A DNA stretch of 64,000 bases from Candidatus Woesearchaeota archaeon. GTDB lineage: Archaea > Nanobdellota > Nanobdellia > SCGC-AAA011-G17 > ARS1403. The position numbers and the translations under genes are program-made. Position 1 is the stretch's first letter. Every line of letters begins with the position of its first letter. The notes beneath the pieces were generated by a model that had not been told where the DNA came from, did not search any database, and saw nothing but the letters and a program-made list of their open reading frames with translations. The DNA is taken from positions 1,081 to 65,080 of the forward strand of contig JAGVZI010000020.1 of assembly GCA_018302705.1 (NCBI GenBank), written 5' to 3'. Positions 8,423 to 16,569 of this stretch are shown here, one piece after another.

Positions 8423-10681
8423 TTAAATTCTCTTGGCAGCCCTCTTCAGCCACTCTTCCCATTCAAAATAGATCCTCTTCGGATCCAAATATCCAATTTC
8501 TTTTTTAACTCCCTCGCTAACCCTGTGATAATGATCATTCGCAGCAATTACAAACTTAGCTTCCAAAATATTTTTATTCAATTTAGAGTAATTAACAAGC
8601 GCTTCTTTCATCTTCGCCCTTAATATTATATTGTCCCAGACAGCATCCCAATGCCCGGCCCATTCAGGAATGTTGCTCGCTATATTCTTTATCACTTCGC
8701 TGTTTCCATTTATCAGCTCATCAGTAGCCTGCAAAGAATCTGTTTTGGCATCATATTTCATCAAGTCAACAAAGCCATTTTCTTTCAAAGGATCATCTTC
8801 CCATTTTTTTCTCACTTCAGTTATCTGCACAATTCTCCTCCATTTGCTCAATCCATCAGCGCTTTTAACAGGATTGCATATAACAATCACATCAGTTGCT
8901 TTGAAGCTGGTTTTAGGAACTTGCAGATCATTTACAACCCTATCATAAACACCATAAGGAGAATCGCCATGAATAGTTCCTGCAACTACGTTTGCTAAAG
9001 CTCCAATTCTCATCGCTTCATAAAGTGCTTTACTCTCCAGAGATCTAATCTCTCCGACGATAAGTGCACTATCCCCCATTCTTAATGCAGCCCTAATTCC
9101 TTCTTCAGCACTTACTTCAGTAGCCCCTCCAGCTAATGCGCTTCTAACTTTTAATGGTTGAATATTGTATCCAAGCCCCCTCATAGCATCTACACCAAGT
9201 TCCATTGTGTCTTCGACCGTAATTATTCTGTACTTTCTCATCACCTCAATAAGCAAAGATCCAAGTACACTCGTTTTTCCAGAGCTCCTCGTTCCAGCTA
9301 TAAGTATTGTTCTTGCACCTTCCACAAGAAAACTAATCAGTCCAGCTCCAAGAGGGCTTATCATCCTATTTTCAATGAACAAAGGCAGAGTCCATGGTTC
9401 ATCCCTATGTCTTCTAAAAGCATAAGCCAGTCCTTTAGGATTTAATGGCCTGCCGACGATAGCAACTCTCGCCCTAGCACCAGGAACACTTAATTCAGTA
9501 TCCAAAATTGGATTGGCCTCATCCAAAGGCCTACCGCTTAATATCCTGAATTTAGTCGCCCAGTTCTCAGCATCCTCCGCACTAGGGATAATATTTGTAA
9601 CGCACTCATCATATTTTTGGTGCACAATGAATATAGGGGTGATTCCAATAGGCCCGTTAATAGTTATATCTTGTATTTTCTCATCTTGAAGTAAAACTTC
9701 CAGCAGCCCGAACCCGACAGTGTACCTTACCAATATCGAGGTTAATTCATTTAATTCTTTCAAGCTCAGCTTAACATTCTGCCTGTCAGCAAGCTCCTGC
9801 AGCAGATCCCTGCCAATATTGAAGAAAGTCATCCTCATCCTCTCGGGGTCAATAAATTCCTCTGCCCTTGGCTTGTGCTCTATCAAGACATTCCTTGCCA
9901 TGTCAAGCAGCTCTTGTTTGTCCTCAGTTAATTTAAATTCAGGCGATATTATGTGATACAGATATTTGATGTCCTCGGGTACAGAAAGAATAGTAACATC
10001 TGCATTTCCGATTTTATAGCTGTCTATTTCTTCCCCATCAACAGGAATCCTCGACATCAATCTAGTAAACATAAAATTAGGAGTTATCTCAGCCCGGAAC
10101 AGCTGCCTGTAAATTTCCCGGCCGCCAACTTGGTATCCGTCTAATCTTTTCCTGACGATCCAGATTATTTTTGTCTTATCAAGGAATCCAAAAAATTCAG
10201 TTAATATCTCGATTAAAATCTCGCAAGATTTGATATCGGGCTCATCAACCAGTTTTCCTAAAATAATTTTTTCTTCTCTGATTATCCTCCTTAATTCAAC
10301 ATAAACCCCTACAGGATCCCTGATCAGATTTCTAACCAGGCCCCTGACAACCCCGATTTTGCTGGCTAAATATTTATATCCCTCGTCGGCAGGCATGGCT
10401 AAAAATTTTCCTTGCTTTATAACATGGTTATACAGTCCGGCAATCTCTGCAAGTAATTGCACTTGGCTGTAGCTGTAATTATAATTTCTTTGCTGCACCA
10501 AAACAACCCTGCTAACCCCTGCATTTTCAACTAATTTGTTTATAACATCCTGCATGCACTCCTCGCTGTCCTCAATGCTTGGTATTATCGTCTTTTTAGT
10601 ATAATCAATCCTCAAAACCCTCTCGCTTCCCTCATTAACAATCTCATATTCCCTCTCTTTCTTGTTTTCAAAAAGCGCCAT
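8423..10681 (-). CDS. FlaI/GspE/VirB11-family secretion ATPase with long N-terminal extension
   Basis: Walker A IAGTRSSGKTSVLGSLL. ALIVGEIRS motif typical of FlaI/PilB ATPases. 752 aa. Confidence 0.75.
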   Translation of the reverse strand: MALFENKKEREYEIVNEGSERVLRIDYTKKTIIPSIEDSEECMQDVINKLVENAGVSRVVLVQQRNYNYSYSQVQLLAEIAGLYNHVIKQGKFLAMPADEGYKYLASKIGVVRGLVRNLIRDPVGVYVELRRIIREEKIILGKLVDEPDIKSCEILIEILTEFFGFLDKTKIIWIVRKRLDGYQVGGREIYRQLFRAEITPNFMFTRLMSRIPVDGEEIDSYKIGNADVTILSVPEDIKYLYHIISPEFKLTEDKQELLDMARNVLIEHKPRAEEFIDPERMRMTFFNIGRDLLQELADRQNVKLSLKELNELTSILVRYTVGFGLLEVLLQDEKIQDITINGPIGITPIFIVHQKYDECVTNIIPSAEDAENWATKFRILSGRPLDEANPILDTELSVPGARARVAIVGRPLNPKGLAYAFRRHRDEPWTLPLFIENRMISPLGAGLISFLVEGARTILIAGTRSSGKTSVLGSLLIEVMRKYRIITVEDTMELGVDAMRGLGYNIQPLKVRSALAGGATEVSAEEGIRAALRMGDSALIVGEIRSLESKALYEAMRIGALANVVAGTIHGDSPYGVYDRVVNDLQVPKTSFKATDVIVICNPVKSADGLSKWRRIVQITEVRKKWEDDPLKENGFVDLMKYDAKTDSLQATDELINGNSEVIKNIASNIPEWAGHWDAVWDNIILRAKMKEALVNYSKLNKNILEAKFVIAANDHYHRVSEGVKKEIGYLDPKRIYFEWEEWLKRAAKRI

Positions 10682-10728
10682 CTAAAGGAAAAAGCTGAAG
10701 TTAAATAAAAGGGTTTTGGTGAAGAAAA

Positions 10729-11100
10729 TCAAATCAATGCAAATAATTTATTAGCTATCTCAACAATTTTTTCTTTATGATTGATAATATAGTTTTTTGA
10801 GATGATAAAACCTTCATAAGAAACTCGATTCCTGTTGTCTCTCATTTCTTGTAAAAATCTCCTGTTCTGCTCGCCAAGACTATATTTGCTTGCAACATAA
10901 TCAATTAGTTCTTGATGAGCGCCATCGCCTTTAGCTTTAACACCTTCCTTTAAAGTAATGGCCTCCATCAAATTGTGAATTATGTCATAAAAATCAATTA
11001 AAGTATTTGTTGGATATTCTTCCATATTAGTCTTCTTCAATCTTTCTAAAGTAACTTCAGCCAACTTCTTCAAGGCCTTTGCCTGTTCTCTGTCCTGCAT
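10729..11100 (-). CDS. HEPN-domain protein (toxin partner of MNT)
   Basis: About 120 aa, all-helical, immediately downstream of a nucleotidyltransferase gene in the canonical MNT-HEPN order. The Rx4-6H motif is not clearly intact (RDNRNRVSYEG). Confidence 0.5.
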   Translation of the reverse strand: MQDREQAKALKKLAEVTLERLKKTNMEEYPTNTLIDFYDIIHNLMEAITLKEGVKAKGDGAHQELIDYVASKYSLGEQNRRFLQEMRDNRNRVSYEGFIISKNYIINHKEKIVEIANKLFALI

Positions 11101-11111
11101 AACTCTTGAAA

Positions 11112-11651
11112 TTATTTGTATCCCTCCAAGAAACCACTAAGAACAAAACCATTAATAATGTTGTTCTTTAATTCAACAGGATAAGTTAAAAAATTTTCAT
11201 TGAAATGTAACTGGATTGTCCTTCTTAATTTTTTTTCGAATTTTTCAGTTTTAATATCCTCTTTTTTGCATTCCAAATAAATATCAATATCACTTTGTTC
11301 ATTATCGTCTCCGTGCTCATAGCTACCAAAAACAATAATAGACTTAGGGGACAATTTTTCCTCAAGGTACTCAATCAAGCCAGATTCAAGAAGGGAATAA
11401 ATATTGAATATTCTCTTGTTTTTTCTAAATCTTTTTTCAGGAGTATTAGCTTTATACAAAGGAAACTTTCTTCGTCCTTTTTTCTCCACGCTCCTTAAGA
11501 TTAATCCATCTTTTACCAATCCATCAAGAAGGCTTTTAACAGAAGTATGTGCAAGTTTAATCCTCCTGCTTATGTCAATCAGGTAGTGTTGTTTAGTGGG
11601 TTCATTAAAAAAAATCTCCAGTATTTTCCGTGTATTACTTTTTTGTAACAT
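11112..11651 (-). CDS. Minimal nucleotidyltransferase (MNT) with N-terminal winged helix
   Basis: GSYEHGDDNEQSDIDIYL matches the GSx9-13DxD nucleotidyltransferase motif. The N-terminal ~80 aa look like a wHTH. Confidence 0.7.
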   Translation of the reverse strand: MLQKSNTRKILEIFFNEPTKQHYLIDISRRIKLAHTSVKSLLDGLVKDGLILRSVEKKGRRKFPLYKANTPEKRFRKNKRIFNIYSLLESGLIEYLEEKLSPKSIIVFGSYEHGDDNEQSDIDIYLECKKEDIKTEKFEKKLRRTIQLHFNENFLTYPVELKNNIINGFVLSGFLEGYK

Positions 11652-11697
11652 ATATTACATAATTATAACATATATTACATTTTTGTAATATATAAAC
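11641..11697. promoter_or_regulatory. Direct + inverted repeat operator-like element at the MNT start codon
   Basis: ttttgtaACATATATTACATaattatAACATATATTACAttttTGTAATATATaaac: two direct copies of ACATATATTACA. The second copy forms a 10-bp inverted repeat with TGTAATATAT. Confidence 0.4.
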
Positions 11698-11795
11698 TTT
11701 TCTAAAAGGAAAGGTAAATGGAAAAGTTCGTTGTCCATGTTTCTTAAAATTAAAAAAGGAATATTTTAAATAAAACTTAATATTAACAAATAGAA

Positions 11796-12155
11796 ATGCA
11801 GGAAATCTCAGCCCAGCCGGAGATTATTGGGAGATTAAGGATTAATGAAGCTAGATTGGCGAACATAAGAGAGAGGCTGACTGTAACAGACAACAACATG
11901 GTTGAAGAATTCAGGAGAATGTCGGAGCAGATAAAAGAGCTCAATGCAGAATTGAAGCAGATAAAAAACGAATCATTCAGATTAAGAGAGGCACTAAAGG
12001 ATGTGATCAAAGAGATGAGCTCATTTGCCAGCTCTCAGGAATTAAAAGTCTTAGAAAGATATATTAACACATGGAACCCATTAAACTTCATGACGGAAAA
12101 AGAGGTTCTGTCATTAATAAAGAAAAATGCCGAATCTGCAAGCAAGGATAAATGA
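11796..12155 (+). CDS. Coiled-coil protein
   Basis: 119 aa, heptad-rich (EEFRRMSEQIKELNAELKQIKNESFRLREALKD). Confidence 0.4.
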   Translation: MQEISAQPEIIGRLRINEARLANIRERLTVTDNNMVEEFRRMSEQIKELNAELKQIKNESFRLREALKDVIKEMSSFASSQELKVLERYINTWNPLNFMTEKEVLSLIKKNAESASKDK

Positions 12156-12741
12156 ACTAAAAAAAGCAGGAAAGCCAAATAGCGAGATAATTGAAAATCT
12201 GAAAAAAGAAGGTCACCTTGCCCAGGATATATATGATGCAATGTCCACTAATGAAAGTCTTTATGAATTAACCCCCCCGACGCCATCAGAAGAAATGGGA
12301 TCGGAAAGCATGGATGAAGATGAAGATTCTTATCAGCCAATGTCAGGACTCCCGGAAACAGGAAATTTCATCCCGTCGCAAAAATTCCCAGCGCCGTCTA
12401 AAATCCCCCAGAGGCAGAGCATAGAGGAAATAGAGGAAATAGCTGAATCTATTATAAGTGAAAAAATCGACGAGCTCAGTGTTAACATCAACGATATAAG
12501 TTTGTGGAGGGAGAAAACATCTTCAGAAATAGAAGCAATAAAGCAGGAAATTCTAAGAATAAGAAATCATATGGAAAATCTGCAAGCAACAATGCTCGGA
12601 AAAGTAGAGGATTACAGGAAGTCAATCACAGACGTCAGCATAGAAGTAAAAACCCTCTCAAAAGTCCTGGAAAAAATCCTACAGCCGTTGACAGAGAATG
12701 TAAAAGAATTATCAAGGATTACAGAGAGATTAAAAAAATAA
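12127..12741 (+). CDS. Coiled-coil protein with acidic linker
   Basis: 204 aa. N-terminal small domain, acidic low-complexity middle, C-terminal coiled coil. Confidence 0.4.
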   Translation: MPNLQARINELKKAGKPNSEIIENLKKEGHLAQDIYDAMSTNESLYELTPPTPSEEMGSESMDEDEDSYQPMSGLPETGNFIPSQKFPAPSKIPQRQSIEEIEEIAESIISEKIDELSVNINDISLWREKTSSEIEAIKQEILRIRNHMENLQATMLGKVEDYRKSITDVSIEVKTLSKVLEKILQPLTENVKELSRITERLKK

Positions 12742-12743
12742 AA

Positions 12744-13271
12744 TTAATCTCGTAGGCTTTCAAAGCTCAACAGCCTGACAGCAAAAGAAAATATTATCAG
12801 CACAACTATCGTCGTTAAAACTTTAACGTTGAAAATAGCTTTATGTATAGAAGGCCCAGCTCCTTCTCCTTCTGGTGTCCCCCCCACAAAAAAAGGGCCA
12901 TAAACAACAGTCAGTCCCCCGACAACGATTATTATAGAAAGGATAATTATCGTCCAATAGACAGTGGTGTTTTTAAAGATACTCTCGATAACATCCCCCT
13001 TAAGCCCTCCAAACATAAAAATAAGTAAGACAGAAAATGCAACCATCACCATAATAATAAACCAGGGTGCAATTACAGAAATAAATTCCATCGCGCCAGG
13101 CATAGCAGCAAATAAAGCAGCCATAGCAAATGCAATTATCGCATTAATATTAATGCTATCGCCAAAGAATTTTGTCTTGCTCAGCGCAGCATAAATAATA
13201 GCGTAAATTAAGATAAAAAGGAAGATGGGTATTAAAAACTCCCCCAATCCGCTGTCAAGAAGGCTTACCAT
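12744..13271 (-). CDS. Polytopic membrane protein, paralog 1 of 3
   Basis: Shares the N-terminal pattern ...LPFLLVFAV.F.IL.K...FG(E/D)... with the next two genes. 4-5 TM helices. Confidence 0.5.
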   Translation of the reverse strand: MVSLLDSGLGEFLIPIFLFILIYAIIYAALSKTKFFGDSININAIIAFAMAALFAAMPGAMEFISVIAPWFIIMVMVAFSVLLIFMFGGLKGDVIESIFKNTTVYWTIIILSIIIVVGGLTVVYGPFFVGGTPEGEGAGPSIHKAIFNVKVLTTIVVLIIFSFAVRLLSFESLRD

Positions 13272-13286
13272 CTCTACTTACCCTCT

Positions 13287-13844
13287 TTATTTCTTTCCAC
13301 CAGTTAACCCCTTCACTAGATTCTCAAAGCGATCGCCTAAACTCTTCTTGTCTCCTCCAGGTTCTCTGACAATCAGCCAGATAACTAAAACAAAAACGCC
13401 AACTACTATTAATGTTCCAACATCCTGCTCAGTCATTTCTCCAACAAGGGGGACATCCCAGTCAGCAGCAGCTCCAAGAGCCCATATTACAGAGATAATG
13501 CCTACAACAGCGCCCCAAAATAGCCATCCACCACCCCATTCAGATTTCCCTGAAAAGATTCCAACAACCAAGATGAGCATTAGCAGCACGAGTACTATCA
13601 TTGAAACCCTCGGCAAAAACCCAACTAGCACCTCGACGATGGCTGTAGATGAAACCAAAAACGCAGCTAATATCAAGCTGACAATGGCATCAACGTTTTT
13701 ATTCTCTCCAAATAATCTTATCTTTCTGAGAATCGCAAAGGTAACAGCAAACACCAGCAAGAAGGGAAGAACGACATCAAAGCCCCCGACATCTGCAAAG
13801 CTACCAACAACGTCATTGAAATCAATGTTCTCAAACAAAGCCAT
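13287..13844 (-). CDS. Polytopic membrane protein, paralog 2 of 3
   Basis: MALFENIDFNDVVGSFADVGGFDVVLPFLLVFAVTFAILRKIRLFGENK. Confidence 0.5.
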   Translation of the reverse strand: MALFENIDFNDVVGSFADVGGFDVVLPFLLVFAVTFAILRKIRLFGENKNVDAIVSLILAAFLVSSTAIVEVLVGFLPRVSMIVLVLLMLILVVGIFSGKSEWGGGWLFWGAVVGIISVIWALGAAADWDVPLVGEMTEQDVGTLIVVGVFVLVIWLIVREPGGDKKSLGDRFENLVKGLTGGKK

Positions 13845-13895
13845 TTTATCACCCTTTTTTTATTTTTATTTAGTAAACATTCCTTTCTTATAAAT

Positions 13896-14480
13896 CTATT
13901 CTTTTCCAGCGCTCGGTCTTCCTTCATCTCCCTTAGTTATATATATTATCGCCCAGATCACAACACCAAGCAAGATAAGTGTAGCAACCAGAGTGCCGCT
14001 CCAAAATTCAAGTACGTAATTAAAAGCAAACCCGAGCCAGCTCTGCTTTTCATTCGCAGGAATATTTCCCAAAAACACAGATATAACTCCAACAAACATT
14101 ATTATCATGAGAAACACCATCCATCTCCCGCTTAATTTCTCATATAAAGTATTGTCGGGCTTCATAAATATTCCTATCATCAGCAAGAAGGATAAAGCAA
14201 CAATGATCAACAAGCTAACTTGGGGCAAAGCAGTATTAATAACACCCACTATTTTCGTAGCCGCAACAACAAGCATTGCAAGGACGAAGGCAACAATGGC
14301 ATTCAGGTTCTTTCTCGGATAAGTCTCCTTTCCAATCTTCTCCTCTCCAAGAATCCTTGTCTTCTCTAAGATCCCGAAAACAACTGCAAAAACAAGAAGA
14401 AACGGAAGGATTACATCAAATATTCCAAACTCTCCCAAAAAATCTAGGGCGTTCCTCAAAACAGACATGTAAGAAGACAA
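13896..14480 (-). CDS. Polytopic membrane protein, paralog 3 of 3
   Basis: MSSYMSVLRNALDFLGEFGIFDVILPFLLVFAVVFGILEKTRILGEEK. Confidence 0.5.
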   Translation of the reverse strand: MSSYMSVLRNALDFLGEFGIFDVILPFLLVFAVVFGILEKTRILGEEKIGKETYPRKNLNAIVAFVLAMLVVAATKIVGVINTALPQVSLLIIVALSFLLMIGIFMKPDNTLYEKLSGRWMVFLMIIMFVGVISVFLGNIPANEKQSWLGFAFNYVLEFWSGTLVATLILLGVVIWAIIYITKGDEGRPSAGKE

Positions 14481-14525
14481 AGCTAAATTCTTATTTAAAG
14501 ATTGTGGTTTTCAGTTTTCAACTTT

Positions 14526-14828
14526 TTACTCTTCTGCTTTGATCTCTTCTCTCTCTTCCCCGCTGGCCTCTTCCTCGCTGAAGCTTGGTATCGCAGCCTT
14601 GTTTATGATGAAAATATCGCCGATCGCTTTTACAAGTTGGTGTGGCACAATAACGCCCTTGGCGCTTCCAAGAACCCTTGACAATGCCCCGCTTCTAGTA
14701 GCCTTAACTCTCCATCCAAAAGCCTTCCCAATAGTAACAACACATTCTTCAACGTCGCCAAAATACTCACCTTGATCAGTGAACACCTTCATATCATAGG
14801 TTTCAGTTATCTTTTTAGTCCTTAGCAT
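14526..14828 (-). CDS. PRC-barrel domain protein
   Basis: 100 aa, ...GKAFGWRVKATRSGALSRVLGSAKGVIVPHQLVKAIGDIFIIN. Resembles PRC-barrel proteins. Confidence 0.45.
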   Translation of the reverse strand: MLRTKKITETYDMKVFTDQGEYFGDVEECVVTIGKAFGWRVKATRSGALSRVLGSAKGVIVPHQLVKAIGDIFIINKAAIPSFSEEEASGEEREEIKAEE

Positions 14829-14873
14829 AGTACAACGCGAAATATTTAAAGTATAAATATTTTTCTATAATCC

Positions 14874-15539
14874 ATGCATACTATTCAAAACCTCATAATT
14901 ATAGGAACATCCCATATAGCAGTAGAAAGCATTGATGAAGTGACAACAGCAATAGCAGAATTAAAGCCGGAGATTATCGCATTGGAATTGGATTTAAAAA
15001 GGTTCAAGAGGCTTACTTCAAAAACAAAATATAAGCTAAAGCTATCAGACATAGGGCAAAAAGGCTTTTTAATAAATTTAATCGGCTCTTACATAGAGCG
15101 TTATCTAGGAAAAAAAGTTGGCGTCCTTCCCGGGTCTGAAATGAAAAGGGCAATTCATTTAGCCAGAAAAAACAATATCAAGATAGCATTAATAGACCAG
15201 GACGTAAATATTACATTAAAAAAGCTGAAAGAGAATTTCACATTGAAAGAAAAACTAAGGCTGGTAAAAAGCATTTTCACAGCGCCCTTCACAGCAAAAA
15301 AATTCAGCATCGATCTAAGAAAAGTCCCGGAACAAAAACTTATAAACAAGCTCACATTACAGGTAAAGAAAGATTATCCATCAGTTTACAAAGTCTTGAT
15401 AGAAGAGAGGAATGAAATAATGGCAGCAAGGTTAATTAAGCTGATGCAAGAAAATAAAAAAGTCCTCGCTATCGTGGGAGCAGGCCATGTTTCGGGGATG
15501 GAGAAAATACTAAGATGGAATTTAGCAAAAAAGAGATAA
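14874..15539 (+). CDS. TraB/PrgY/GumN-family protein
   Basis: IIIGTSHIAVESIDEVTTAIAELKPEIIALELD matches the TraB-family N-terminal signature. Confidence 0.65.
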   Translation: MHTIQNLIIIGTSHIAVESIDEVTTAIAELKPEIIALELDLKRFKRLTSKTKYKLKLSDIGQKGFLINLIGSYIERYLGKKVGVLPGSEMKRAIHLARKNNIKIALIDQDVNITLKKLKENFTLKEKLRLVKSIFTAPFTAKKFSIDLRKVPEQKLINKLTLQVKKDYPSVYKVLIEERNEIMAARLIKLMQENKKVLAIVGAGHVSGMEKILRWNLAKKR

Positions 15540-16255
15540 AATATATTCTGGTAGCAGCCATAATCGCAGCCTTTGTATTCAGCTTTAACGAGTGGGGGAT
15601 AGAAAAGTTCAACATCGCAACAGGAATAAAAAACCTATTCATCGCCTTCATCTTCTGCTCAGTAATTTATTTTCTACATTCATTCGCGCAAAAACTCGTC
15701 GCAGATTATTATGAATACAGAATAGAATTCACATTAATAGACATAAAAAGAAGAGTAAGGAAAATCGGAAAAATAGGAAGGGCAGTCACAATACCGATAG
15801 GTCCGATAATAACTCTGCTTCTAGTCTTTATATCGGCCGGTAAATTTATTTTTCTTCTCTTAAATTCATACGAGCATATCTCGCAAAAGGAATTCAGGAT
15901 CGGGAGGCAGTGGGTAAACCTAAAGGAGTTTGAAGAAGCCCAGATAGCATTAGCCGGCCCTCTTTCGCAAATTGTTTTGCTAATAATTTTCAAATTGCTC
16001 TTGCCATTCTCGGTGGTTTTCAACAAGGCAATGTTCATCACATCAGTAATAGCAATCTATCACATGCTCCCTCTTCCCAAAGTAGACGGCTCAAAAATTT
16101 TCTTTGGAAGCAGGTCTCTTTACATTGCTAGTTTAGTTTTCATTGTGACATTCATAATTCTAATATTCCATCTGTCTGTGATTCAAACAATAATCCTGGC
16201 TCTGCTATTTTCTACAATACTGGGTATAATGTATCTTTACAAGAAAACTAAGTAA
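15515..16255 (+). CDS. Site-2-protease (M50)-like membrane protein, HExxH degenerate
   Basis: Polytopic protein with MLPLPKVDGSKIF resembling the M50 NxxPxxxLDG motif. No intact HExxH (LHSFAQK). Confidence 0.35.
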   Translation: MEFSKKEIKYILVAAIIAAFVFSFNEWGIEKFNIATGIKNLFIAFIFCSVIYFLHSFAQKLVADYYEYRIEFTLIDIKRRVRKIGKIGRAVTIPIGPIITLLLVFISAGKFIFLLLNSYEHISQKEFRIGRQWVNLKEFEEAQIALAGPLSQIVLLIIFKLLLPFSVVFNKAMFITSVIAIYHMLPLPKVDGSKIFFGSRSLYIASLVFIVTFIILIFHLSVIQTIILALLFSTILGIMYLYKKTK

Positions 16256-16569
16256 TCAAAAAAGTAGGCTGAAAATCCCCTTTTGCAACAGCCATAAAAC
16301 AAAGATCAGCGAGAATGCAGAATGTACATCGTAAATCACAAGGAACATGTAAATCCCGGACAGCAAATCGATGAGGCTTGCAAAATCTCCCAAAAATAAA
16401 AGTGACTTAATGATAATGTACCCGGCAAAGAAACTAGCAATGCCCAACCCAATATCCCATTGTGCCAAAACAAAGAAAAAGGCAGCAGCCAGATCCAAAA
16501 TCCCAAGTAATTTCAGCATAGTCCTTCCCTAGAAAACATATTTAAAACCTTATCCATTATAGAGCAAAT

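Noticed and set aside
13225-13893. 222-aa plus ORF 13225..13893
   Set aside because: Antisense of membrane paralog 13287..13844. Composition (S/T/P-rich) is typical of the reverse frame of a hydrophobic protein.
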